A stretch of DNA of 64,000 nt. Source: Bacteroidia bacterium (lineage in GTDB: Bacteria > Bacteroidota > Bacteroidia > B-17B0 > Aurantibacillaceae). The position numbers and the translations under genes are program-made. Within the stretch, counting starts at the first letter, position 1. Each line of letters begins with the position of its first letter. The DNA is taken from assembly GCA_021740825.1 (NCBI GenBank), contig JAIOZA010000008.1:39864-103863 (forward strand), written 5' to 3'. A model generated the notes under the pieces. The model saw only the letters and a program-made list of their open reading frames with translations. It was not told where the DNA came from and ran no database searches. Shown here piece by piece: positions 18,823 through 28,019 of the stretch.

Positions 18823-20078
18823 TATTTAACAAAAAACATACGGACTATAGTTCAGAATCTTTGTCTGCGCAAACATGGCAACGATTTAAACGCAATAAAT
18901 TAGCCATGTTTGGGTTAATTCTGATTTTTATTGCTACTTGTATTTCTATTTTGGGGTTTTTAATTACTCCCGATTCTACTCCGTATGCAAATGACCAAAA
19001 GCCTGAACTGCACATTAAAAAACCTGGATTTAAAGCCCAATTTTTGCTAGTTAAAAAAAATGAATTATCTCATCATTGTAATTGGTTTAATAAAATGCTT
19101 TTTGGCGAGGTTAGCGATTTTATATCTATTCCCATTTATTCATATGCATTTAAAGGATTTGATATTGTTATTGAAGAATACACTGGCAGTATACCAAATA
19201 ATGGGAGCCAAGTAAAATATAATTTAGCTGACGTTGTTTATGATGTGAATAGCAATTTTCCGATACATAATGATTCTATCAAAAACGAAATAGAATTTTA
19301 TCAGCTAAGCTCCGCAAAAAAAATAAAAATAAGTTTAAGCGAATTACAAACAACAATAGCAGCCAATCATATTAAATTTAATAGATATATTTTAGGGACC
19401 GATTTAGCAGGCAGAGATTTATTAAGTCGACTTATGATTGGAACTCGCATATCATTGTCAGTAGGGCTTATTTCTGTTATTATTTCTATTGTCATTGGAA
19501 TTTTATTAGGTGCAACAGCAGGATATTTCCGAGGAAAATTGGACGATTTGATTATGTGGTTAATTAATGTGGTTTGGTCAATACCAACTTTACTCCTTGT
19601 TATTGCTATTACATTAGTTTTAGGAAAAGGTATTTTTCAAGTTTTTGTAGCAGTTGGTTTAACAATGTGGGTAGATGTTGCACGCTTAATTCGTGGACAA
19701 ATATTAAGCATACGCGAAAAAGAATTTGTTGAAGCGGGCAAAGCTTTAGGCTATTCAAATAGGAGAATTATATTAAAGCATATTTTGCCAAATGTAATAG
19801 GACCTGTCATAGTAATTGCAGCTTCAAATTTTGCAGCAGCTATTTTAACGGAGGCAGGATTAAGTTTTTTAGGCATTGGAGCTCAGCCGCCAACGCCATC
19901 TTGGGGCGAAATGATAAATGCTCATCGCGGCTATATACTGGTAGATTCAGCCTATTTGGCGTTTATTCCTGGAATTGCAATTATGATTTTAGTGTTAGCG
20001 TTTATGCTTGTTGGCAATGGACTAAGAGATGCGCTCGATTCTAAATCATTAGACAGCAAACCTGTAATGGGGCACTAG
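18819..20078 (+). CDS. ABC transporter permease, OppC/DppC family, with long extracytoplasmic insertion
   Basis: 419 aa. N-terminal WQRFKRNKLAMFGL and the C-terminal EAA-loop region (EAGKALGYSNRRIILKHILPN) fit this family. The TTG start overlaps the GT2 stop by 4 nt. No ATPase or binding-protein gene is nearby. Confidence 0.85.
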   Translation: MIFNKKHTDYSSESLSAQTWQRFKRNKLAMFGLILIFIATCISILGFLITPDSTPYANDQKPELHIKKPGFKAQFLLVKKNELSHHCNWFNKMLFGEVSDFISIPIYSYAFKGFDIVIEEYTGSIPNNGSQVKYNLADVVYDVNSNFPIHNDSIKNEIEFYQLSSAKKIKISLSELQTTIAANHIKFNRYILGTDLAGRDLLSRLMIGTRISLSVGLISVIISIVIGILLGATAGYFRGKLDDLIMWLINVVWSIPTLLLVIAITLVLGKGIFQVFVAVGLTMWVDVARLIRGQILSIREKEFVEAGKALGYSNRRIILKHILPNVIGPVIVIAASNFAAAILTEAGLSFLGIGAQPPTPSWGEMINAHRGYILVDSAYLAFIPGIAIMILVLAFMLVGNGLRDALDSKSLDSKPVMGH

Positions 20079-20134
20079 AATAATTTACTAACAGAAAAAT
20101 ACCTGCATTTGTATAGAAGAAGTTTAAATACAAT

Positions 20135-20455
20135 TTAATCCTCTAACATCCAAATAGCTTCATTTAATTCGCCTAAAGCTTTAGTGTTGTTTTGTAATTT
20201 TGCTAGTTCAACTCCTTGTTTATAAAAAGAAATTGCCGTGTCATTATTACCTAATTTTTCATTTAATTGCCCCAATTGATAGAAACAAGGTAGGTAATCA
20301 GGTTGTATATATAATACTTTATTAAATTGATTTGCAGCTTCATTAAAATCAGCGCTAGCTAAATATTCCATAGCTAAAGCATAATTTAAAAACACGTCGT
20401 TTGGTTCCTTTGCCAACATGTCAGCAATCATTTCTTTTCTTGGAAGCTTTTCCAT
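20135..20455 (-). CDS. Small tetratricopeptide-repeat protein
   Basis: 106 aa with TPR-like helical repeats (ALAMEYL..., FYQLGQL..., AISFYKQGVELA). Confidence 0.65.
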   Translation of the reverse strand: MEKLPRKEMIADMLAKEPNDVFLNYALAMEYLASADFNEAANQFNKVLYIQPDYLPCFYQLGQLNEKLGNNDTAISFYKQGVELAKLQNNTKALGELNEAIWMLED

Positions 20456-20458
20456 GTG

Positions 20459-21484
20459 TTATTCTCCAGAGAATTGTTTTAAAAATCGAACATCATTTTC
20501 AAAAAATAAACGCAAATCTTTCACTCTATATTTTAACATGGTAATACGTTCAATGCCCATTCCAAATGCAAAACCGCTGTATTTATTACTGTCAATTCCG
20601 CAATTGTCTAATACTTGAGGATCAACCATTCCACAACCTAAAATTTCTACCCAGCCGGTGTATTTACAAACATTACATCCATCTCCTTTGCAAAGCGTGC
20701 AGCTAATGTCAACTTCAGCACTTGGTTCGGTAAACGGAAAATAACTTGGACGCATTCTTATTTTTGTTTCTGTCCCAAACAACTCTTTAGCAAAGAAATT
20801 CAAGGTTTGTTTTAAGTCAGCGAAAGAAACTTTTTCATCAATATATAAGCCTTCAATTTGATGAAACTGGCAATGTGCTCGCGCACTAATCGCTTCATTA
20901 CGATATACTCGGCCTGGTGAAATAGTTCTTATAGGAGGTTTTTGATTTTCCATAATATGAACTTGAACCGAAGATGTTTGTGTACGTAATACCATTTCAG
21001 GATTTAACTCTACATAAAAGGTATCCTGCATATCGCGCGCTGGATGATTTTCAGGAGTATTTAAAGCTGTAAAGTTATGCCAATCATCTTCAATTTCTCT
21101 TCCATCGCTTACGGTAAAACCAATACGTGCAAATACATCAATAATTTGATTTTTTACAATCGATAAAGGGTGACGCGAGCCTACTTGAATGCTAGGATCT
21201 GATGGTAAAGTTAAATCTATTTCTTTTGAATTGGATTTGTCTGAAGCGTTTTCATATTGATCTTTTAGCTCATTAATTTTATCTTGCGCTTTATTTTTTA
21301 GCTCATTCAATCTTTGACCAACTTCTCTTTTTATGTCGGGCGCAACTGCTTTAAAATCGTCAAATAAAGAAGTTATTTCTCCTTTTTTACTTAACCATTT
21401 AATTCTGTATTCGTCAATTTGCTCTTTGCTTTGTGCTTTAAACTCTTCAACTTCTTGTAATAGCTTGTTTATTCTTTCTAACAT
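20459..21484 (-). CDS. pheS: Phenylalanine--tRNA ligase alpha subunit
   Basis: 341 aa with class II aaRS motifs (FPFTEPSAEVD, GFAFGMGIERI) and an N-terminal coiled coil. Confidence 0.97.
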   Translation of the reverse strand: MLERINKLLQEVEEFKAQSKEQIDEYRIKWLSKKGEITSLFDDFKAVAPDIKREVGQRLNELKNKAQDKINELKDQYENASDKSNSKEIDLTLPSDPSIQVGSRHPLSIVKNQIIDVFARIGFTVSDGREIEDDWHNFTALNTPENHPARDMQDTFYVELNPEMVLRTQTSSVQVHIMENQKPPIRTISPGRVYRNEAISARAHCQFHQIEGLYIDEKVSFADLKQTLNFFAKELFGTETKIRMRPSYFPFTEPSAEVDISCTLCKGDGCNVCKYTGWVEILGCGMVDPQVLDNCGIDSNKYSGFAFGMGIERITMLKYRVKDLRLFFENDVRFLKQFSGE

Positions 21485-21524
21485 AATATTTGATAATTAG
21501 AACAAATTTAAGCAATTTTATATA

Positions 21525-22682
21525 GTGAAAAGCCTCCTTCTTTGTATTATATACTTTAACCTCTATTTCCTCTTTGGTTTTACTTCCAAAGCTCAATCAA
21601 TGCTAACCTATAAAGTATACGAAAGTGATACCATTAATGTTATTGATAAAGACAGTTTAAAGCAAGGTGTATGGAAAGAGTTTTGGTCAAATGGAGATTT
21701 AAAAAGTGAAGTTTCGTTTAAAAATAATAAAAAACAAGGCTTAGAAATTTCTTGGTTTGACGAGTTAGATTGTGTGGAACATGAATCCTATTACAAAAAT
21801 GGCGCGTTAGACGGACCATCTATCTATTATTCTAAAAAATGTAAAAAAGATTTTTTTGAAACTTTTAAGAATGGTATTAAAGAAGGACTAGAAATTTCCT
21901 ATTATTCAAATGGAAACATTAAAGCAGAAGGTAATTTTAAGAAAGGAAGTTTAGATGGCTATTATAGAGTATATGATAAAAAAGGAAATTTTTCGTTTGA
22001 AAGTAGGAGTACAGATATTGAAACTAACCTAACGCCAAATATTACTGATACTGCAAATAATGTTGTTTTTAATGTGCTGAAACGAAATAAACAATGGAAA
22101 AATAAATTAGTGGTAGCAGATTTAACCGGAAGCATGTACCCTTACGCGCAGCAAATAAGTACGTGGTTAAAATTGCAATTTTTAAAAGATTCAACAAGCC
22201 AGCATTTTGTTTTTTTTAATGATGGCGACAATAAAAAAGATGTAGATAAAAAAATTGGATCAGCCGGTGGAACATATTATTGTAGAGCAAAAACTATAGA
22301 GGAGTTGATTACTTCTATGGAATTAACTATTAAAAGAGGACAAGGTGGAGATGCGCCTGAAAACCCTGTTGAAGCAATGATTTACGGATTAAGCAAAAGT
22401 GGTAAGGTTGAAGATGTTATTTTAGTGGCTGATAATTGGGCAAAAGTACGAGATATAAAAATCTTATCGCGCATAAAAATTCCTGTTCGCGTTGTTTTAT
22501 GTGGAGTTTATGAAGGAATGGAAATTAATGAGGATTACTTAAATATTGCATACAAAACAAAAGGATCTGTGCACACCATTGAGCAAGATATTACTGATTT
22601 AATGAAACAAAGTACAGGCAAAAAATTTAGCATAAATGGCGTTGATTATATAATTAAAAACGGTAGTGTTAAAGTATTTTAA
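21525..22682 (+). CDS. Secreted protein with MORN-variant (YwqK-like) repeats and a vWA-like C-terminal domain
   Basis: 385 aa with a signal peptide and repeated G.W..(F/Y)..NG motifs. A DLTGSM segment resembles a MIDAS DxSxS motif. GTG start. Confidence 0.55.
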   Translation: MKSLLLCIIYFNLYFLFGFTSKAQSMLTYKVYESDTINVIDKDSLKQGVWKEFWSNGDLKSEVSFKNNKKQGLEISWFDELDCVEHESYYKNGALDGPSIYYSKKCKKDFFETFKNGIKEGLEISYYSNGNIKAEGNFKKGSLDGYYRVYDKKGNFSFESRSTDIETNLTPNITDTANNVVFNVLKRNKQWKNKLVVADLTGSMYPYAQQISTWLKLQFLKDSTSQHFVFFNDGDNKKDVDKKIGSAGGTYYCRAKTIEELITSMELTIKRGQGGDAPENPVEAMIYGLSKSGKVEDVILVADNWAKVRDIKILSRIKIPVRVVLCGVYEGMEINEDYLNIAYKTKGSVHTIEQDITDLMKQSTGKKFSINGVDYIIKNGSVKVF

Positions 22683-22710
22683 ATCCCCTATCTTTACCTT
22701 TTAGTTTATT

Positions 22711-23634
22711 GTGCTCATTTATAATAATATATCCGAATTATCTAATTTAACCAATTCGATTGTTACCATTGGTACTTTTGATGGGGTACATTTAGGACAT
22801 CAAAAAATAATTAAGCGACTAGTTGAGTTAAAAGAGAAGCAAGGAGGAAAGGTCGTGCTCTTTACGTTTGATCCTCATCCACGAAAAATTTTATTTCCAG
22901 AACAATTAGATTTAAAATTAATAACTACAACTCCTGAAAAATGCGAATTATTTCAAAAATTTGGAGTGGATTATGTATTAGTATTTCCATTTACAAGGGA
23001 GTTTTCGCAAATGAATGCTAGCGATTATGTTTCTGATATCATTGTTAAAGGATTGAAAACAAAAACATTGGTAATTGGTTACGATCATCGTTTTGGAAGC
23101 AATAGAGAAGGTAATATCGAAACTTTAAAGCATTTATCTGAAGTGTATAATTTTATTATCGAAGAAATTCCTGCACAAGAAATTAACCAATTAAATGTTA
23201 GCAGTACTCGCATCAGAAAAGCAATTAACGAAGGTGATATAAAAACTGCAAATGCATTTTTGGGATATCCTTTTTTTATTAGCGGTGCGGTAATTAAAGG
23301 AAAGCAATTGGGCAGAACAATTGGTTATCCAACAGCAAATATTTTTATAGAAGATACTGATAAACTACTTCCAAAAATGGGAGTATATGCCGTGAAAGTT
23401 TTTATTGGATCAAATTCTTTTAAAGGGATGTTAAACATAGGATTAAATCCAACAACTGATTTTGATAATAAAATAAAAATAGAAGTTAATATTTTTGATT
23501 TTGATAGAGATATTTATGGCGAAATTTTAAAAGTGGAATTTATAAAGCGAATTAGAGATGAGCAAAAATTTACTAACTTAGATGAACTAAAAATAGCTTT
23601 GGCAAATGATAAAATGGCTTGTGAAAATGTTTAA
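22711..23634 (+). CDS. ribF: Bifunctional riboflavin kinase / FMN adenylyltransferase
   Basis: 307 aa with IGTFDGVHLGHQ, GYDHRFG and GRTIGYPTANI motifs. GTG start. Confidence 0.93.
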   Translation: MLIYNNISELSNLTNSIVTIGTFDGVHLGHQKIIKRLVELKEKQGGKVVLFTFDPHPRKILFPEQLDLKLITTTPEKCELFQKFGVDYVLVFPFTREFSQMNASDYVSDIIVKGLKTKTLVIGYDHRFGSNREGNIETLKHLSEVYNFIIEEIPAQEINQLNVSSTRIRKAINEGDIKTANAFLGYPFFISGAVIKGKQLGRTIGYPTANIFIEDTDKLLPKMGVYAVKVFIGSNSFKGMLNIGLNPTTDFDNKIKIEVNIFDFDRDIYGEILKVEFIKRIRDEQKFTNLDELKIALANDKMACENV

Positions 23635-24241
23635 CTATTTTTTTAAAGTAGCTTTAATTCTGTTGTTTGTTTTTACAACTAAATTTACCAATGCTCAAAA
23701 TCAATTACTTGATTCTTTAACTTTAGACACTTTAACAGGTTTTACAAATTTACAAGAGGCGCTAAAAAATCCGGATGCTGTTGTTAAATTAGTTTTAAGA
23801 AAGCAGCATTTAAAATCCTTTCCGATTGAAATTTTTAAATTTAAAAATTTACAATATCTAGATATTAGTAAAAACTATATTTCTGAACTACCTGACAGTA
23901 TAAATTTATTGAGTAATCTTCAATATTTTGCTTGCAGTAAAACAGGATTAAATCGCTTACCTAAAGAAATTGGAAAGTTAACAAACTTAACGTACTTAAA
24001 TTTTAATCAAAATGATTTAGAGAGTTTACCTCCACAAATTGGTAATCTCGAAAAGCTAGAAGTATTAGATTTATGGAGCAATAATTTGGATGAATATCCT
24101 TCCACACTTTCAAGTTTAAAATCTTTGAAGGTGCTTGATTTACGAAATATTTTAATCAGCGATGAAGTTCAGGCCAGTATCATTCGCATGCTTCCTAATA
24201 CAAAGGTTTATATGTCGCCAAGTTGCCGTTGTAAATGGTAG
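23606..24241 (+). CDS. Small secreted leucine-rich-repeat protein
   Basis: 211 aa with about six LxxLxLxxNxL repeats. The start is uncertain. ATG 23627 gives a cleaner signal peptide (MFNYFFKVALILLFVF...). Confidence 0.75.
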   Translation: MIKWLVKMFNYFFKVALILLFVFTTKFTNAQNQLLDSLTLDTLTGFTNLQEALKNPDAVVKLVLRKQHLKSFPIEIFKFKNLQYLDISKNYISELPDSINLLSNLQYFACSKTGLNRLPKEIGKLTNLTYLNFNQNDLESLPPQIGNLEKLEVLDLWSNNLDEYPSTLSSLKSLKVLDLRNILISDEVQASIIRMLPNTKVYMSPSCRCKW

Positions 24242-24243
24242 TT

Positions 24244-25176
24244 TTAAATGGTCATAGCTTTTAACTGCTCTTCTAAAAATTTTATTCCTTCAACAAAACT
24301 ATGCGGATTATATCCTAAATCTCGTTTTGCTTTATCAATAATAAAACCAGTTATTGGCGGGCGTTTAGCAGGTTGTTTAATGTCGGAAGATTTTGAAGGT
24401 TTAATTAATGTCTTATCCAATTTATAATAATCTGCAACTAGGTGAGCCACTTCTAAAATATTTAAAAAATCTTTACCAGAAATATTATAAATGCCATTGG
24501 CTTTTTTTTCCGCTATTAAAATACAGCCATCTGCTAAATCTTCTGCTAGAGTAGGTGTGCGGTACTGATCATCTACCACATTAATTGTTTTACCTTGTTC
24601 TAAGTTTTGTTTTACCCATAAAACAATATTGCTGCGGCTCATATTATCTACAATGCCATAAACTAATACTGTACGAGCCATTGCCCAATGTAATTTAGAA
24701 GCTTGCACAATTTTTTCGGCAGCTAATTTACTTTCGGCATAATAACTTAAAGGGTTTGGTGTTTCGTTTTCATCTAATGGTCCATGCGTTCCATCAAAAA
24801 TAAAATCGGTAGAAAGGTGAATAAAATGCGGTTTATAATTTGGATTTTTTTCAGATAAATCTTCTAAAACACTTACTTGATTTTTAACTGCAGTTACATT
24901 TAATAACCAACAATTTTCTTGATCGGTTTCGCAAGCATCAACATTTGTCATGGCTGCTGTATTTATAACAACATCAGGCATAAATTTAGTAAATACAGAT
25001 TTTACATTGTCATAATTAGTAATATCTAATTCAGCATATTCATAGCCTGATTTATTTACTAATCTGTTTTCTCCTCTTGCAGTTGCAATACATGCAACAT
25101 TAGGATTGTCCTTTAGTTTGTATACCAATTTTTGACCTAATAACCCGTTTGAACCTGTAATTAATATTTTTTGCAT
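24244..25176 (-). CDS. NAD(P)-dependent SDR-family sugar-nucleotide reductase (dTDP-4-dehydrorhamnose reductase-like)
   Basis: 310 aa with an ILITGSNGLLG Rossmann motif and a YAESK catalytic motif. No rfbABC partners lie in the window. Confidence 0.75.
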   Translation of the reverse strand: MQKILITGSNGLLGQKLVYKLKDNPNVACIATARGENRLVNKSGYEYAELDITNYDNVKSVFTKFMPDVVINTAAMTNVDACETDQENCWLLNVTAVKNQVSVLEDLSEKNPNYKPHFIHLSTDFIFDGTHGPLDENETPNPLSYYAESKLAAEKIVQASKLHWAMARTVLVYGIVDNMSRSNIVLWVKQNLEQGKTINVVDDQYRTPTLAEDLADGCILIAEKKANGIYNISGKDFLNILEVAHLVADYYKLDKTLIKPSKSSDIKQPAKRPPITGFIIDKAKRDLGYNPHSFVEGIKFLEEQLKAMTI

Positions 25177-25232
25177 GGGTAAATATAAAAATAATGATTC
25201 GTTTTTATTGAAAATAGCGAACGTGTTTTATT

Positions 25233-25268
25233 AAAAAATCCCATCCGTATATTACCGAATGGGATTTT
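25233..25268 (-). terminator. Hairpin plus T-run downstream of the esterase gene
   Basis: aaaatcccat / atgggatttt forms a 10-bp stem with a 14-nt loop, 23 nt after the stop at 25291, flanked by A/T runs. Confidence 0.5.
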
Positions 25269-25290
25269 AATTTTTTTAAAGTTTGATATT

Positions 25291-26616
25291 CTATTTGAAT
25301 ATAATTTTTTGCGTTGTTGTATTTCCTGTTTTTGTAGTGATTTTTAAGAAATATAATCCTTCAGAAATAGTATTCTTTTTAATCATAAAATTTGATTGTT
25401 CTGTTTCATTATATGAAATTAATTTCCCAGTAACATCAAACAATTCAATGCGATGAGTCGTGTTTGAGTTTGCAAATTCAATCATCATTTCATTATCAGA
25501 TGGGTTAGGATAAACAGATGAAATAATTGAATTATTACTTAACTCATTAATGCTAACTACTCCTGGAGAGCCACAAGTCATTAATACATTTGTAGTACAG
25601 GTTGTGTATGCATATAAATTTGCATTTTGTGATGGGGTGTTTGGATTTATTAAAGGGGCATTAGTACATCCAAGATTAGAAATTAAAAAATCTCGCACAA
25701 ATTTAATGGTGCTATCCATGTATAAAGTAGATGATGCAAAGGGTACATGGTTTACTCCATACCAGGTGTAAAATGGATTATTTACGCCTATTGCATTTGC
25801 TTGTGCGTTTAACATTCTGCTTCCATCCAATAAAATTAATTGAATTCCTAAAGGTGCAGCAAATCCTCGGTTGTATTTTACGGTTCCATCAATTGTTCCG
25901 TGTAATGAAACAAATGGAACATCACCTGCTTCAATCCAACCATATCGTCCTAATGCACCGCATAAATTAATAACTCCTTTAATTTTTGAAGAATAACATT
26001 GATTTCCGCTATAACCTTCCATGCCACCAAGTGCAAGTAAATTTGTGGGATTAATGTAATAATTTACTTCACACGATTTATCTAGATATGCCATATGAAG
26101 CGCGGTAATAGCACCGGCCGAACTACCACCAATAAAAATATTAGTTGTGTCAATTTTATAGGTATTGGTAGTTAATTTATCTTTATAAAAAAAACGAACA
26201 GATGCTTTCATGTCTTGAACTGCTCTCAATACAGCTTTTACAGCTCCAACTGAATCAAATGGTGTTAAGCCTAGGCGATAGTTAATGGACGCGCATACAT
26301 ATCCTTTTTTAGTAAATGCCTGCGATAATGCAACCATATCTGCATCCGTTTTAGTTCCTCCAATAAAACTTCCACCATGCGCCCATACAATTAGTGGGCG
26401 ATTAGTTTCAATATCGCCTGTTGGCTGATAAATATCCATAGTTAAGGATTGCGTTGTACCACTAGCTGTTATGTTAGAACCAAACACAACATTACTAGTT
26501 GTTGTTACATTTGTGAATGTATCAGACGCATACCTTCCTGTTGCACATGGTGTTTGTGCTTTTAAATTGCACGCTAATAGTAATGCGGAAAATGTTAGTG
26601 AGTAGATTTTTTTCAT
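25291..26616 (-). CDS. Secreted alpha/beta-hydrolase (carboxylesterase/lipase-like) with T9SS C-terminal sorting domain
   Basis: 441 aa with a signal peptide, an HGGSF oxyanion region and a GGSSAGA nucleophile elbow. The C-terminal ~80 aa (VYPNPSDNEMMIEF...KIIFK) resemble a type-A Por/T9SS CTD. Confidence 0.8.
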   Translation of the reverse strand: MKKIYSLTFSALLLACNLKAQTPCATGRYASDTFTNVTTTSNVVFGSNITASGTTQSLTMDIYQPTGDIETNRPLIVWAHGGSFIGGTKTDADMVALSQAFTKKGYVCASINYRLGLTPFDSVGAVKAVLRAVQDMKASVRFFYKDKLTTNTYKIDTTNIFIGGSSAGAITALHMAYLDKSCEVNYYINPTNLLALGGMEGYSGNQCYSSKIKGVINLCGALGRYGWIEAGDVPFVSLHGTIDGTVKYNRGFAAPLGIQLILLDGSRMLNAQANAIGVNNPFYTWYGVNHVPFASSTLYMDSTIKFVRDFLISNLGCTNAPLINPNTPSQNANLYAYTTCTTNVLMTCGSPGVVSINELSNNSIISSVYPNPSDNEMMIEFANSNTTHRIELFDVTGKLISYNETEQSNFMIKKNTISEGLYFLKITTKTGNTTTQKIIFK

Positions 26617-26689
26617 AATTTTAATTTTAGATATTATAAATATAATAAATTTTTTTTAAGGTTTAATATTAGATTGACTAATTGATTGT

Positions 26690-28009
26690 TTAAGGAAAAA
26701 TAATCCCTGGATATTTATTTGCATTTATTTGAGGGATGGTTGAACTATAAGTTGTATTTATTGATTTTATAAATTCGTTTGCTATTAAAGCATTTCCTCT
26801 TGGTGTAAGATTTAAGCCATCTAAAGAGTAAAATCCTCCTGAGACAAAGTTTGCATTGATCGTAACACCATTATAAACATAACCATTTTTGATTTTTGTA
26901 AATAGTGCATTTACATCAACAAATGCTAGCCCTCTTGAATTGGCTATGTTTTTTAAAATAATATTATAATTATTTATAGCAGTTTCTACTGATAAAATTT
27001 CAGAAGCTGTTAAAATATATCTGTCTGGAATTGGAATTAAAGAACCCCATTTATAGCACTTGATAGAATCTAATGGAACATTTAATAAAGCAAATTCACC
27101 TTCTTGCATTTGTCTTAAACTTATAAAAGGGACTGATTGATCTTCAATAATAAAACCATTTGAACCTTCAATAAATGTGAACGGCGCGCCTATTGCGCCA
27201 TAATATAAATTTAAGTTTTTTGCTGTTGTGGTATCAATTTTCAAGGCATTCCAAGCGATTGTATTGAAATATGCCATGGTTTTAATACTTGGTATATTTG
27301 CAATAACACCTTTTGCTCCATTGGCGGTTAATTTATCTATGACGTTATTTATACTAGCTTCAAATCCAAATCCAACAGAACCAGTTAGTGGTGTAATACT
27401 TTCTGAAGCCGCACCTTTTAGGGCATAATTTAACACATCATTTAAACCCAACATGACAGAAAAAAATGTAGGATTTTTAGCAACAGCATCTGATAAAACA
27501 GATGAGGTACTATTTGAATTCATACGCTGATAAAAAGGATTTGTATATCCATTTACATCCATATCGATTACTTTTACATCAGGAATTCCAAAATTATTAA
27601 ATGAACCTTGGCTTGCGTAAATATTTGTAAATACTGATGCATCTCCCTGCGTGGCAATTTTTACAGGGCCTAATGAAATAGTTCCTTGACAGTCAGTTCT
27701 GTTTCCTAAAATGGACGGCGCATTATTAGCATTACCAATTCCTATTGAATTTTGAGCTACATAGGGTATTTTAAATTCACCACCGCCAATTAATTTAAAT
27801 TGTTCGGCTAATAAATTGGCGTATGAGTTTTGTTGTGCATTATAATATAATGCTCCGTCACTATAACCTGCAGTCATTGCTCCACCAATAGCAACATAAT
27901 TAGATACATTGATATCTCCTGCTTCCGAATCAGGAACATCAAATTTTGGTTTACAGCTTGAAATGCTAATAGTTACTGCTATAATGAGGATTGATGTAAA
28001 AACTTTCAT
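26690..28009 (-). CDS. SGNH/GDSL-fold lipoprotein, apparently lacking catalytic Ser and His
   Basis: 439 aa with a lipoprotein signal (SISSC). The SGNH block order is recognisable: block I reads AIGGAMTAGY instead of GDS, block III reads MLGLNDV, and block V reads LDGLNLTPRG instead of DxxH. Confidence 0.6.
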   Translation of the reverse strand: MKVFTSILIIAVTISISSCKPKFDVPDSEAGDINVSNYVAIGGAMTAGYSDGALYYNAQQNSYANLLAEQFKLIGGGEFKIPYVAQNSIGIGNANNAPSILGNRTDCQGTISLGPVKIATQGDASVFTNIYASQGSFNNFGIPDVKVIDMDVNGYTNPFYQRMNSNSTSSVLSDAVAKNPTFFSVMLGLNDVLNYALKGAASESITPLTGSVGFGFEASINNVIDKLTANGAKGVIANIPSIKTMAYFNTIAWNALKIDTTTAKNLNLYYGAIGAPFTFIEGSNGFIIEDQSVPFISLRQMQEGEFALLNVPLDSIKCYKWGSLIPIPDRYILTASEILSVETAINNYNIILKNIANSRGLAFVDVNALFTKIKNGYVYNGVTINANFVSGGFYSLDGLNLTPRGNALIANEFIKSINTTYSSTIPQINANKYPGIIFP

Positions 28010-28019
28010 TTATTTTATA

